Below are positions 1 to 10,061 of a DNA stretch of 47,472 nucleotides, piece by piece (position 1 is the first letter of the stretch; the number at the start of each line of letters is the position of its first letter). The translations under genes were made by a program, and so were the position numbers. The stretch comes from Actinomycetota bacterium (GTDB taxonomy: Bacteria > Actinomycetota > Acidimicrobiia > Acidimicrobiales > Aldehydirespiratoraceae), in assembly GCA_009937405.1 (NCBI GenBank), contig JAACCU010000119.1, forward strand, positions 1-47,472, in the 5' to 3' direction. Below the pieces are notes generated by a model. It did not search any database. It was not told the DNA's origin and was given only the letters and a program-made list of their open reading frames with translations.

Positions 1-110
1 AGTTCAAACGAATTGCGATGATCGAGTTCGCATTCAGCCTCAGGATATTCGACCATGAGTCGCTCGTGGATGACACGTGCTCGTCCTTTGGGTGACCGTG
101 GCTCCGCCAT
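1..110 (-). CDS. nth: Endonuclease III, 5' part only (runs off the window)
   Basis: Manual translation from ATG at 110 gives MAEPRSPKGRARVIHERLMVEYPEAECELDHRNSFEL, the typical Nth N-terminus (YPxAxCELDHxNxFEL); TAGGGT -10 box 6 nt upstream. Confidence 0.85.
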   Translation of the reverse strand, partial: MAEPRSPKGRARVIHERLMVEYPEAECELDHRNSFE

Positions 111-152
111 GGCGTGACCCTAGCTAGCGCTGGCGCTGGCTACCCTAACGAG

Positions 153-842
153 GTGCCACTGACCGTAGAAGGCCCCAATAACAGCGAATTCCAATGGGTG
201 GTCGTCGTCGACGAAGATCGCACCGATCTCGATCTTCGCTCTGATCTTGCCGCTGCGCTCGAGTCGCTCGATGGTGGCGCCACCCAGCTCTGGATCAAGT
301 CCATAGATGCGTCTGCAGATGCCATAGCCCTTGATGCCGGCTTCACCCAGTACCGCGATCTCTGGCAGCTGCGCTGCCCATTGCCCAACACATCGACTGA
401 CATGATCACCAGAGCGTTCACATCGGATGACCTTGATGAGTACATCGCCGTCAACAATCGGGCGTTTTCCTGGCACCCAGAACAGGGCGGGCTGACTCGC
501 GAATTGGTCGAGGCCACGATGGCAGAGCCCTGGTTCGATGCCGACGGCTTTCGGCTCTACCACGATGACGACAGCCTGGTCGGTTTTTGCTGGACCAAGA
601 TCCACCGCGACCACGACCCTGCGCTGGGCGAGATCTACGTCATCGCAATCGACACTAGCCATCACGGCCTCGGTCTCGGCAAGCCAATGTCGCTTGCGGG
701 CCTCGACTGGCTGGCGGCACAAGGACTCACGACAGGGATGCTTTACGTGGAATCAGACAACCAACCAGCCAACGCCACCTACGCCTCGATCGGCTTCAGC
801 CGTCACCACACCGACCGCGCCTATCTGCGGGCTGCCCAATGA
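153..842 (+). CDS. mshD: Mycothiol synthase (GNAT acetyltransferase)
   Basis: Motifs NNRAFSWHPEQG, GFCWTKIH, GEIYVI, LYVESDN; start placed at GTG 153 because TACCCT lies 6 nt upstream (ORF track starts at 114). Confidence 0.85.
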   Translation: MPLTVEGPNNSEFQWVVVVDEDRTDLDLRSDLAAALESLDGGATQLWIKSIDASADAIALDAGFTQYRDLWQLRCPLPNTSTDMITRAFTSDDLDEYIAVNNRAFSWHPEQGGLTRELVEATMAEPWFDADGFRLYHDDDSLVGFCWTKIHRDHDPALGEIYVIAIDTSHHGLGLGKPMSLAGLDWLAAQGLTTGMLYVESDNQPANATYASIGFSRHHTDRAYLRAAQ

Positions 843-1912
843 GCCTGATCGACGCCTCTGGACGCTCTCACCGCGACGCTCCTGTTCTTCGATTTGACCC
901 AACCCGGGAAGAGTTCGCCGAGCTTCTTCACGGCGAACCCAGGTATCGCCTCGACCAAGCCTGGACCGGCCTGCACGAACGGGGCGACAAGATCGACAAC
1001 CTTACGAACCTTCCCAAAGCACTTCGGCAGCGGATCGACGAGGAGTTGCCGCTGGGTCTCACACCAGAAGAAGAGTCGGTGAGCGACGATGGCGAAACGG
1101 TGAAGTGGCTATGGCGCCTACACGACGGGCACCAAATAGAAACCGTGCTCATGCACTACGACGATCGCACCACGGTCTGTGTGTCGTCGCAGGCCGGCTG
1201 CGCCATGGCGTGCAGCTTCTGTGCCACTGGTCAGAGCGGCTTTGATCGCCACCTTTCGGTCGGCGAGATCGTGGAGCAGGTTGTGCGGGCTCGGCGGGCC
1301 TCCGCTCCGCGGCGTGTCTCCAACATTGTCTTCATGGGCATGGGTGAACCGTTCGCCAACTACGACCGAACATGGGCCGCTGTCGAACGAATCAACCAGG
1401 ATCTCGGCATTGGCGCCCGCCATATCACCATCTCAACGGTCGGAGTCGTTCCCGGCATCGACCGGCTCGCCAAGGAAGATCTCCCCGTCAACCTCGCCGT
1501 GTCGCTTCACTTCGCCAATGACGAAGACCGCAACAAATTGGTGCCCCTCAACGTTCGGTATCCGCTTGCCATGCTCGAAGAGTCGTGTGCCCGCTATCTT
1601 GACGCGAAGAACCGTCGGCTCTCGTTCGAGTGGGCACTCATCGACGGCGTCAACGATCGCTCCAGCGATGCTGACGAGCTAGCGATTCTCGCTCGCCGCC
1701 TACGAGCACACGTCAATCTGATCCCGCTGAACCCGACTCCCGGATACCTCACCCGCGGTACACCCATGGATCGTGTCTATGAGTTCCGTGACCGTCTCAC
1801 CGGGATGGGGGTCAATGCCACGGTTCGTCGCACCCGCGGTACCGAGATCGACGCGGCCTGTGGGCAGCTCCGCGCCAGCCGCCAATTGGTCGATCCCCCT
1901 CGGAGGCGTTAA
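839..1912 (+). CDS. rlmN: 23S rRNA m2A2503 radical SAM methyltransferase
   Basis: CVSSQAGCAMACSFCATG (CxxxCxxC), FMGMGEP, IDAACGQL; ATGA overlap with mshD. Confidence 0.95.
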   Translation: MSLIDASGRSHRDAPVLRFDPTREEFAELLHGEPRYRLDQAWTGLHERGDKIDNLTNLPKALRQRIDEELPLGLTPEEESVSDDGETVKWLWRLHDGHQIETVLMHYDDRTTVCVSSQAGCAMACSFCATGQSGFDRHLSVGEIVEQVVRARRASAPRRVSNIVFMGMGEPFANYDRTWAAVERINQDLGIGARHITISTVGVVPGIDRLAKEDLPVNLAVSLHFANDEDRNKLVPLNVRYPLAMLEESCARYLDAKNRRLSFEWALIDGVNDRSSDADELAILARRLRAHVNLIPLNPTPGYLTRGTPMDRVYEFRDRLTGMGVNATVRRTRGTEIDAACGQLRASRQLVDPPRRR

Positions 1913-1942
1913 CTGAGCCCCGTTGCGGTCCATACTGAGACC

Positions 1943-2332
1943 ATGAGTGACACCGTGTGGATCAACCAGCGCCAGCCCCAAACCCTCTATATCTCACAGT
2001 TCCTTCTGTACTTCAGTGCCGTGATCTCAATCTTTGATCAGCCGCCGACCGGAGTCTTCTCCAACTTTGTCATTCGGAACGGTCTGTTGATCCTCATCGT
2101 CTTCGGCTCCGCCGGCGGAGCGTTCGGCATTGCCAACAACAAACGATTGGGATACATCCTCGGAATCGTTGCTGCCATCGCCCCATTCGCAATCCGTTTC
2201 GAATTGGCCCGTCAGATCGATATCGGTTTCGCCATCGAGTGGAACATCATCGGTGGGATGTTTGATGTCGCGCTTATCGCTGCTCTGGTGCATCCGATGA
2301 GCCGCAACTATCAGAAGATCTGGTTCCGGTGA
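1943..2332 (+). CDS. Hypothetical small membrane protein (about 4 hydrophobic segments)
   Basis: 129 aa hydrophobic ORF filling the gap between rlmN and menG; CATACT 6 nt before the ATG; GTGA overlap with menG. Confidence 0.75.
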   Translation: MSDTVWINQRQPQTLYISQFLLYFSAVISIFDQPPTGVFSNFVIRNGLLILIVFGSAGGAFGIANNKRLGYILGIVAAIAPFAIRFELARQIDIGFAIEWNIIGGMFDVALIAALVHPMSRNYQKIWFR

Positions 2333-3066
2333 CCGCTCGTTGCGTCAACCGGGAATCACCGGTTCTCACAGATGGCGTAACCGTCGACCCCAACCATCTG
2401 CCAACTGGGGAGGAGAAGCGGCGTCAGGTACGGTCGATGTTCGACTCGATCGCGCCTCGCTACGACCTCGTCAACCGCATCATGTCGTTCGGGCTTGATG
2501 TCCGATGGCGCAAGGCGGCGATGAAACGGCTCGGTGTAGCCGGCGGAGGCACAGTCATCGACCTTGCCTGCGGTACCGGCGATTTCTGCCGGGAGATCCA
2601 GAAAGCCGGCCTTCTCCCGATCGGACTCGATCTGTCTATGGGCATGCTGGCCGAGGCTCGCACCGAGGCTCCCCTGCTCCATGCCGACATCCTGGCGATG
2701 CCCCTCCCTGACGCGAGCGTCGACGGCGCAACCTGCGGCTTCGCACTCCGCAACCTGGTCGAGTTGCCCGGCTTCTTTGATGAAGTGGCCCGGGTGGTTC
2801 GGCCCGGAGGCCGTATTGCGTTCCTCGACGCGGCCCAGCCCGACAACCCTGTGCTGCGCTGGGGCCACAGCATCTACTTCAATCGCATCGTTCCCATCAT
2901 TGGCGGCATCCTCTCCGAGGGGCGGGCATATCGCTACCTCCCCAAATCGCTCGCCTATCTCCCACCGTGGGACGACATGAAAGCGTCACTCGAGGACGCC
3001 GGCTTCGACATGCTCGAACGCCAGGTCTTTACCGGCGCCCAACTCATCACCGGCGCCCGCCGCTAA
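2329..3066 (+). CDS. menG: Demethylmenaquinone methyltransferase (UbiE/MenG family)
   Basis: MFDSIAPRYDLVNRIMSFGLDVRWR, DLACGTGD SAM motif, FALRN, AYRYLPKS; adjacent to menA. Confidence 0.88.
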   Translation: MTARCVNRESPVLTDGVTVDPNHLPTGEEKRRQVRSMFDSIAPRYDLVNRIMSFGLDVRWRKAAMKRLGVAGGGTVIDLACGTGDFCREIQKAGLLPIGLDLSMGMLAEARTEAPLLHADILAMPLPDASVDGATCGFALRNLVELPGFFDEVARVVRPGGRIAFLDAAQPDNPVLRWGHSIYFNRIVPIIGGILSEGRAYRYLPKSLAYLPPWDDMKASLEDAGFDMLERQVFTGAQLITGARR

Positions 3067-3100
3067 CGCCCCTTTGGGGTCTCTCCCTATTCGTGCGCTG

Positions 3101-4003
3101 TCAGCCGCTGAGGGCGATGCCCGCGGCCATGGCGAGACCACAAATCAGCTGCGCCTTGCCGGTGAGTCCAAGAACAGCGATGAGGTCTGCGCCCGTTGCC
3201 CCTCTCGCCACCGCACGGATTCCCTGGATCACAAACGGGACTCCCGCCAGGGCGGCCACGGCCCAGCGATCGGAAAACACTGTGAGCACCACAGCCCCGG
3301 TCAAGGCCAACTCCTGCATCAGCACGTAGGTGATGCGGGTGCGTTTCTCACCGATTCGCACCGCCATGGTCTGCTTGCCTGCACGCGTGTCACCGGGGAT
3401 GTCGCGCAGGTTATTTATGACCAGCAGTGCGGTCGCCCATAGTCCAACCGAGACACTCGCAGCCAACGAAACTGCACTGATATTCTCGGTGAGCACATAC
3501 GTCGTACCTACTGTTGCGACCACACCGAAAAAGATGAAGACGAACACCTCACCAAGACCGAGATATCCGTATGGCTTCGGGCCACCCGTGTAGGCCCAGC
3601 CCGCCACCAGCGACGCGGCCCCCACAATGAACAGCTCCGGGCCGACGACAACGGCCAAGACTGTGCCGGCAATACCGGCCACCGCGAACGAGAGTGTCGC
3701 CGCTCGCTTCACCGTGGCGGGCTCAACCAGACCGGACCCGACCAGGCGAAGGGGTCCGACCCGTTCGGCGCCATCGGTACCACGGATCCCGTCGGAGTAG
3801 TCGTTGGCGAAGTTCACGGCAATCTGCAACGCTAAAGCGACGACCAGCGCAGCACCCGCTCGCCACCATGCAGTGTCGGGGCCATGGCCCACGGCCACCG
3901 CGGCGCCGACTGCGACCGGCACGATGGCCGCGGGAAGCGTTCGAAGGCGGGCGCCCGCCAGCCAGAGTTTTAGGCCAGTCGGCGGTGGGACAGGATTGTT
4001 CAT
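3101..4003 (-). CDS. menA: 1,4-dihydroxy-2-naphthoate polyprenyltransferase
   Basis: RLRTLPAA, VNFANDYSDGIRGTD, YTGGPKPYGYLGLGE, NNLRDIPGD. Confidence 0.95.
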   Translation of the reverse strand: MNNPVPPPTGLKLWLAGARLRTLPAAIVPVAVGAAVAVGHGPDTAWWRAGAALVVALALQIAVNFANDYSDGIRGTDGAERVGPLRLVGSGLVEPATVKRAATLSFAVAGIAGTVLAVVVGPELFIVGAASLVAGWAYTGGPKPYGYLGLGEVFVFIFFGVVATVGTTYVLTENISAVSLAASVSVGLWATALLVINNLRDIPGDTRAGKQTMAVRIGEKRTRITYVLMQELALTGAVVLTVFSDRWAVAALAGVPFVIQGIRAVARGATGADLIAVLGLTGKAQLICGLAMAAGIALSG

Positions 4004-4611
4004 CAGGACTCCAAGAGCTGGGCGATGGCGGCAGGGAAAACTCGATGCTCGACGGAACGGATCCGTGCTTCCAGCGACTCACGGGTGTCGTCAGAGTTGA
4101 TCGGGATCTCTTCTGCGACGATGACCGGACCGTCGTCGACGCCCTCGTCAGGGACGAGATGGACCATCACCCCGGTATGGGCGAGACCGCGAGATTCGTG
4201 TTCAGCCCATGCTTCGTCGATCGCATGAGCGCCAGGAAACGTGCCGGGAAGGGCGGGGTGCAGATTGACCACCTGGTTCGGAAACTTACCGAGGAACGCC
4301 ATCGAAAAAAGATGCATCCAGCCAGCCAGCACAACCAGATCGGGCGAAAACGCCGCCACCTCTGCGGCCAAGTCAGCGTCGTAGGCAGCACGGGCTGCAG
4401 CCCGGTCGTCGAAACGTTGCCGGTAGGGGTCGAGTGGCGCGCAATGAGTGGCGATCCCCTGGGCCGCAGCCCGCTGCGCGGCGAACGACGAACGGCGATT
4501 CACGACCACCAGGGAAACAACGGCATCAAGTTCGCCTCGCTCACATGCATCAAGAATGGCCTGGAGGTTCGAGCCGCTTCCCGATGCTAGGACAACCAGA
4601 GTCGCCGTCAA
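4003..4611 (-). CDS. purN: Phosphoribosylglycinamide formyltransferase
   Basis: VLASGSGSNLQAI, LAGWM, NLHPALP, VDDGPVI; start placed at TTG overlapping the purM stop (GTG at 4617 also possible). Confidence 0.93.
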   Translation of the reverse strand: MTATLVVLASGSGSNLQAILDACERGELDAVVSLVVVNRRSSFAAQRAAAQGIATHCAPLDPYRQRFDDRAAARAAYDADLAAEVAAFSPDLVVLAGWMHLFSMAFLGKFPNQVVNLHPALPGTFPGAHAIDEAWAEHESRGLAHTGVMVHLVPDEGVDDGPVIVAEEIPINSDDTRESLEARIRSVEHRVFPAAIAQLLES

Positions 4612-5609
4612 CGCCACTCGCCGCTGAGTTCGACCCGGTCGGCCCCGTCGTGCACCGAAACCAGCTCGCCGATGAGGCAATGGCCGAGTGCGGTGGCTGC
4701 GTTGGCCTGCTCAGCCGACATTGCCACGACCATACCGATGCCCATGTTCCAGGTCCGGAATGCCTCACTATTCGCCAGGTCACCCCATTCCACAAGGGTG
4801 CGAAATCCTGAGGGCACGTTCCACGAGCCGAGCTCAATTCTCGCACCAAGATTTGCGGGTAGCACCCTCGGGATATTTTCAAGGAAGCCACCTCCGGTGA
4901 TGTGAGCCAGCGCTTTGGGCTCCACTCCGGCGGCCCGAAGCGCATCGACGTCAGCCAGATATGAGCGGTGCGGCGTCAGCAACCACTCGATCAAATCATC
5001 GGAAGGATCGTTGCGATCGAGAAGCATGCGGATTAACGAGTAACCGTTGGTATGGGGACTGTCGCTTGCCATGCCAATGAGCACGTCGCCTGCGGTCAGT
5101 GCCTCAGTGCGGGGCCAAAGTTCGGCCTGCGACACTGAGCCGACAATGGTTCCCGCGATATCGATCGATCCATCGGTGTAGACGCCCGGCATCTCTGCGG
5201 TCTCGCCACCAAGCAGCGCACATCCGACAGCACGGCAGGCGCCGGCCATACCGGTGACGATCTCCGCCACAATCTCGGGAACGAGTTTCGCGGTGGCGAT
5301 GTAGTCGAGGAAGAAAAGCGGACGAGCACCCTGCACCAGAATGTCGTCAACACAGTGATTCACGAGGTCAGCTCCGACCCCCTGCCATCCACTATGGCGA
5401 GCCGCCAACTCGACCTTGGTACCTACGCCATCGGTAGAGGCCACAAGCACCGCATCGCTGACAAGGCCCGCGGTAGAGAAGAGACCACCGAATGCTCCGA
5501 GGTCAGACAGCACGGCTTCAGTGTTGGTAGAGGCAACGGCTTGCGCCATGAGCTTGACGGCTCGGTTGCCTTCGTCGATGTTGACGCCTGCGTCGGCGTA
5601 TTCGGTCAT
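4608..5609 (-). CDS. purM: AIR synthetase
   Basis: YADAGVNID, STDGVGTK, PLFFLDY, GGETAEMPG, HTNGYSL, HITGGG, NMGIG. Confidence 0.96.
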   Translation of the reverse strand: MTEYADAGVNIDEGNRAVKLMAQAVASTNTEAVLSDLGAFGGLFSTAGLVSDAVLVASTDGVGTKVELAARHSGWQGVGADLVNHCVDDILVQGARPLFFLDYIATAKLVPEIVAEIVTGMAGACRAVGCALLGGETAEMPGVYTDGSIDIAGTIVGSVSQAELWPRTEALTAGDVLIGMASDSPHTNGYSLIRMLLDRNDPSDDLIEWLLTPHRSYLADVDALRAAGVEPKALAHITGGGFLENIPRVLPANLGARIELGSWNVPSGFRTLVEWGDLANSEAFRTWNMGIGMVVAMSAEQANAATALGHCLIGELVSVHDGADRVELSGEWR

Positions 5610-6913
5610 GGGCGGACCTCCGCGGTTGCGCGAGCGATATCGGCACGGTGCTGGGCACCATCAAATGAGATCAAGGCCACGCCCTCGTGGGCGGCGTCGG
5701 CAGCCTCAGCGAGCGTGGGCCGAAGGGCAGTGACGGTGAGCACCCGTCCGCCAGCGGCAACGACCTCACCATCGCCTGTGGCCGTCCCCGCGTGAAAGAC
5801 AGTGCAGCCAGAGGCGGTGGCGGCATCGATGCCGGTGATGGGGGCAGGATCGCTACGTGATGTCGGATAGCCGTTGGAGGCCATCACCACCGTGACGGCG
5901 GCATCAGATGACCACTTGATATCGACGTCATCGAGCTATCCGGTGGCACAAGCTATGAATATGTCATAGAGATCGGACTCCAGCATCGGGAGCACAACTT
6001 CGGTCTCTGGATCGCCGAACCGGCAGTTGTACTCGATGACCTTCGGGCCCTCGGCCGTGAGCATTATCCCAACATACAAAACACCTCGGTATGGGCGTCC
6101 CTCAGCGGCAAGAGCGGCGAGCGTCGGAGCGAGGACGGTCTTCGCTACTTCGGCCAGCAATTGATCGTCGGCCACCGGCGACGGAAAGAATGCGCCCATG
6201 CCCCCCGTGTTGGGACCATCATCGCCAACAAGCAGACGTTTGTGGTCCTGGGTTGCGGGCATGATGTGGAACCGTTCGCCATCGCAAAATGCCAGGATCG
6301 ACACCTCCGCACCGTGCAGACGTTCTTCGAGCAGCACTTCTGCGCCCGCTTCTCCGAACCGACCTTCGTCGAGGATCTCACGAATGGCAACCTCGGCGTC
6401 TTGGTGCGTCTCAGCAACGATCACACCCTTGCCGGCAGCGAGTCCATCGGCCTTGACCACTGGAGGAACGACCAGTTTGGCAAGGTACGCCAACGCGCCA
6501 GCCGAGTCGGTGAACGACTGCGACCGCCCGGTCGGTATGTCATTTCGGAGCAGGAACTCCTTGCAATGAGACTTGGAACCCTCAAGCTTCGACGCGGCCG
6601 CCGACGGTCCGAACGCGGCGATGTTTTGCTCGGTGAGACGATCAACCAACCCGAGGACGAGCGGATCTTCAGGCCCCACCACGACAAGATCAACCGCCTC
6701 GGCCATGGTCAGCTCAATCAGGGCCGCGATATCGGTGGCTTCAATCGCCACGTTGCGACAGCCGGGCTCTGCTGCGGTGCCCGGGTTTCCGGGGGCGACG
6801 ATCACTTCAGCGACGGACGCAGACTTGGCGAGCGCCCATACGATCGCGTGCTCTCGCCCTCCACCGCCGACGACGAGGACCGTGGCACCGGCCATCTCAG
6901 TCGCCTCAGCCAT
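5606..6913 (-). pseudogene. purD: GAR synthetase interrupted by one in-frame TAG at 5936-5938 (nonsense allele, split gene or consensus error)
   Basis: GGGGREHA, LEGSK, KADGLAAGKGV, GPNTGGMG, EYNCRFGDPE, then ACATG*LDDVDIKWSSDAAVTVVMASNGYP...FHAGT...GGRVL in the same frame. Confidence 0.9.
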
Positions 6914-8337
6914 CAATCGCCCCATACATTGGCGAACTGTTCCTTTGGTCGAAGCTCCAGCTGAACGAAACGCTCTGACTCGAAGGGATAGTCCCCGGTG
7001 AAACACGCGTTGCAGTAGCCGTCTTCGGCTTCAAGGCCGCGCATCATTGCTTCGATGGACAAAAAGGCCAGAGAATCAGCACCAATGTGTTGGCGAATCT
7101 CCTCCACCGTCTTGTGGCCTGCGATCAACTCATCCGACGATGCCATGTCGACGCCCATGTAGCACGGGTCGGTAATGGCAGGGCACGCGACCCGTACATG
7201 GACCTCTGCAGCACCCGCGTTACGCAGCATTTGGACCAGCGGTCCCGACGTCGTGCCTCGCACGATTGAGTCGTCGACCATGACCACACGCTTGCCCCGC
7301 AGGTTGTCGCCCAGCGGGTTGAACTTCATCTGGACACCGGACTCGCGGAGCTTTTGGGTGGGTTCGATGAAGGTACGGCCGACATAGCGGTTCTTGATTA
7401 GGCCCTCGGTGTAGGGCAGGCCGGTCTCTTGGGCGAAGCCCACCGCGTGCGGGGTACCGGAGTCGGGCACCGGAACAACGATGTCGGCATCCGCAGGGTG
7501 CTCACGTGCGAGTTCTCGCCCAAGACGCTGACGCGTTGAGTGAACCAGGTTGCCGTCGTGGATGCTGTCGGGGCGGCTGAAGTAGATCTGTTCGAAGGTG
7601 CAGAAGGCACGCTGCTTTGGCACTGCGCCCTGTTCTACGTGGAGGCCGGAATCGTCGATGCGAGCGATTTCCCCCGGCTCCAGTTCACGCACGAATTCGG
7701 CTCCAATCGCCGAGAAGGCACAGGTTTCAGAGGCCAAGACGTAGCCATCGTCGAGTTTGCCGATGACAAGCGGTCGAAATCCCCACGGATCGCGCACACC
7801 GTAGATCGCATCCCGCGTGAGGATGGTGAGCGCGAACGCTCCCTCAGCTTGGGTCATGAGCGACTTGATCCGATTCATCCAGTCGCCGCTCGCCTGCGTG
7901 AGCAGATGAACCATGACCTCGGTATCAGATGATGTCTGGAGGCCGATGCCTCGCTCGAGGAGTTGACGACGCAAAATGTTCGCGTTGACAAGGTTGCCGT
8001 TGTGGGCAAGGCCAAGCGGGCCGCCGAGCGTCTCGATGATCTGGGGCTGAGCATTGCGCAACCCGGGGCCGCCCGTGGTGCTGTACCGGGTGTGGCCGAT
8101 GGCCAAGTCCCCCTTCAACGTGGACACGTTGTCCTCGTTGAAGACCGCCGACACGAGGCCCTGACCCTTATGGATATGAGCGACGCCGTTGTCACTCGTA
8201 GCAATGCCCGCCGCGTCTTGCCCGCGGTGTTGCAGCGTGTGGAGGGCAAAGAACGTCAGACGTCCTGCATCCTTGCCGGGGGCATATATCCCCACGACAC
8301 CACATTCCTCATGAATCTCATCCCCATTGGGAAACAC
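6913..8337 (-). CDS. purF: Amidophosphoribosyltransferase
   Basis: EECGVVG, LQHRGQ, GHTRYST, HNGNL, VDDSIVRGTT, YCNACFTGDYP. Confidence 0.97.
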   Translation of the reverse strand: MFPNGDEIHEECGVVGIYAPGKDAGRLTFFALHTLQHRGQDAAGIATSDNGVAHIHKGQGLVSAVFNEDNVSTLKGDLAIGHTRYSTTGGPGLRNAQPQIIETLGGPLGLAHNGNLVNANILRRQLLERGIGLQTSSDTEVMVHLLTQASGDWMNRIKSLMTQAEGAFALTILTRDAIYGVRDPWGFRPLVIGKLDDGYVLASETCAFSAIGAEFVRELEPGEIARIDDSGLHVEQGAVPKQRAFCTFEQIYFSRPDSIHDGNLVHSTRQRLGRELAREHPADADIVVPVPDSGTPHAVGFAQETGLPYTEGLIKNRYVGRTFIEPTQKLRESGVQMKFNPLGDNLRGKRVVMVDDSIVRGTTSGPLVQMLRNAGAAEVHVRVACPAITDPCYMGVDMASSDELIAGHKTVEEIRQHIGADSLAFLSIEAMMRGLEAEDGYCNACFTGDYPFESERFVQLELRPKEQFANVWGD

Positions 8338-8340
8338 GGT

Positions 8341-9477
8341 TTACCGTCCAGTGAGCGCGGCGCGCACGTCGCCGACTCGTTGTCGTACAGAGGTGGCGTC
8401 GTCACCCACACATGTCAGATGCCCCATCTTGCGACCAGGGCGAGCATCGCCCTTGCCATAGAGGTGCAGGTGAACATCGGGCTCGGCCAGCACTCGACCA
8501 AAGTCGGGTGCACCATCGGCCCAGAGATCACCGAGAAGTTGCGCCATAGCGGCCGGACGACAGGCGCCGTCGCCCAGCGGCATACCAGTGGCGGCACGAA
8601 GCTGTTGCTCGAACTGGCTGGCCAAGGCCGCCTCGATCGTGCAGTGGCCGCTGTTGTGAGGTCGGGGTGCGATCTCGTTGACGAGGATCCCCTCCGCCGT
8701 GTCAAACAATTCGACACACAAGACACCAACAAGGTCCAAGGCGATCGCCGTGTCATGCGCAACCTGACGAGCGGCCGCGGCAGTGAGATCGCTCACTTCA
8801 GCCGGAACAATCGTGAGATCAAGGATGTGGTTGACGTGCTCGTTTTCCATCACGCCATGGTCCACGATCGTGCCGTCGATACCGCGAGCCACCACGACAG
8901 ACAGCTCACGTTCGAACGCGATGACCGACTCGACAACGAGGCGTTGATGGTCCAACGTCTCCCACGCGGCTTCGACCTGAGCCCCATCATCGATGCGAAC
9001 TTGGCCCTTCCCGTCGTAACCAAATCGTGCCACCTTGGCAATTACGGGAACGCCAAGCTCCGCGACGGCGTCAGCGACCTCCTGGAGCGTCGCCGCCGGT
9101 CGCCACGGGGCCACCGCTATACCGGCCGCGGAGAGTGCTAGTTTTTCAAGCTTTCGATCCTGAGCGACAGCGACGATAGCCGCTGACGGGCGAACTGGAA
9201 CGCCGGCCTCGGCGGCAACAGCGGCGACCTGAAGGTCGACGTTTTCGAATTCCCAGGTGATCACGTCGACCCGATCAACGAAACGGGCAAGGGTGACCGG
9301 ATCGGTGAAATCGCCTGTGATCTCTTCATCAGCGAGCAAGCCGGCGGGCGTGTCCTTGGCCCCGCCCGTCAGCACAACCACGCCATATCCGTGCTGGCGA
9401 GCGGATTGGGCGAGCATGCGGCCCAACTGTCCCCCGCCGACGATTCCAATCGTGGTGCCAGGGGGGAGCGGGCTCAT
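8341..9477 (-). CDS. purK: N5-CAIR synthetase
   Basis: GIVGGGQLGRM, EFENV, GYDGKGQ, NEIAPRPHNSGH, LYGK..RPGRKMGH. Confidence 0.96.
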   Translation of the reverse strand: MSPLPPGTTIGIVGGGQLGRMLAQSARQHGYGVVVLTGGAKDTPAGLLADEEITGDFTDPVTLARFVDRVDVITWEFENVDLQVAAVAAEAGVPVRPSAAIVAVAQDRKLEKLALSAAGIAVAPWRPAATLQEVADAVAELGVPVIAKVARFGYDGKGQVRIDDGAQVEAAWETLDHQRLVVESVIAFERELSVVVARGIDGTIVDHGVMENEHVNHILDLTIVPAEVSDLTAAAARQVAHDTAIALDLVGVLCVELFDTAEGILVNEIAPRPHNSGHCTIEAALASQFEQQLRAATGMPLGDGACRPAAMAQLLGDLWADGAPDFGRVLAEPDVHLHLYGKGDARPGRKMGHLTCVGDDATSVRQRVGDVRAALTGR

Positions 9478-9480
9478 GGG

Positions 9481-9972
9481 TCAGTGTTCCAACTCGATGG
9501 CGCGTACCTGATCGGCACGCTGCTCACGGAACGTGTGGAGCGCCGCTGCGAGCGAAGCATCGGTGCGAGCAAGTATGGCCACGGCGAAGAGACCAGCGTT
9601 GGTGGCCCCGGCATCGCCGATAGCCATCGTGGCGACCGGGACGCCGCCCGGCATCTGCGCAATCGACAGCAGGGAGTCCATGCCATTGAGGGCCCGACTC
9701 GTGATCGGGACGCCGATGACCGGGACAATTGTGTGAGCGGCAACCATGCCTGGGAGGTGGGCGGCACCGCCAGCGCCGGCGATGACAACATCGAGGCCCC
9801 TGGACTCTGCCCCCGTTGCGTACTCCACCATCAGGTCCGGCGTTCGGTGCGCGGAGATGACCTTGCACTCGTGAGGGATTCCGAAGTCGTTGAGGACCTC
9901 AGCGACGCGCCGCATGGTCTCCCAGTCGGAGTCGCTTCCCATGATGACGCCGACTAGCGGATCGTCAGACAC
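9481..9972 (-). CDS. purE: N5-CAIR mutase
   Basis: [34 protein letters not shown]; GTG 9972 follows GGAGG (GTG 9990 is the alternative). Confidence 0.96.
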   Translation of the reverse strand: MSDDPLVGVIMGSDSDWETMRRVAEVLNDFGIPHECKVISAHRTPDLMVEYATGAESRGLDVVIAGAGGAAHLPGMVAAHTIVPVIGVPITSRALNGMDSLLSIAQMPGGVPVATMAIGDAGATNAGLFAVAILARTDASLAAALHTFREQRADQVRAIELEH

Positions 9973-10007
9973 GACGGGGTTTCCTCCCACTCACTAACTC
10001 AGTATGG

Positions 10008-10040
10008 ATCCTCGCGCGGTGAAACCCGACACCGCGGGAT
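10008..10040 (-). other. GC-rich stem-loop between purC and purE
   Basis: CGCGGTG (10015-10021) pairs with CACCGCG (10030-10036), extendable by ATCC/GGAT; no U-tract. Confidence 0.5.
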
Positions 10041-10061
10041 ACGCCCCTGGACATTCCTTGA

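Noticed and set aside
5936-5938. Genome-wide TAG reassignment or pyrrolysine as the explanation for the purD stop
   Set aside because: TAG ends bpa exactly after its required terminal GTYL motif and also ends hrpA, yggT and the dksA-like gene; no pyl genes are in the window
7963-9141. Long antisense ORFs (also 12166-13209, 21314-22144, 32542-33675, 32615-33649)
   Set aside because: They shadow well-supported genes on the opposite strand, as expected from high-GC codon bias, and show no protein motifs
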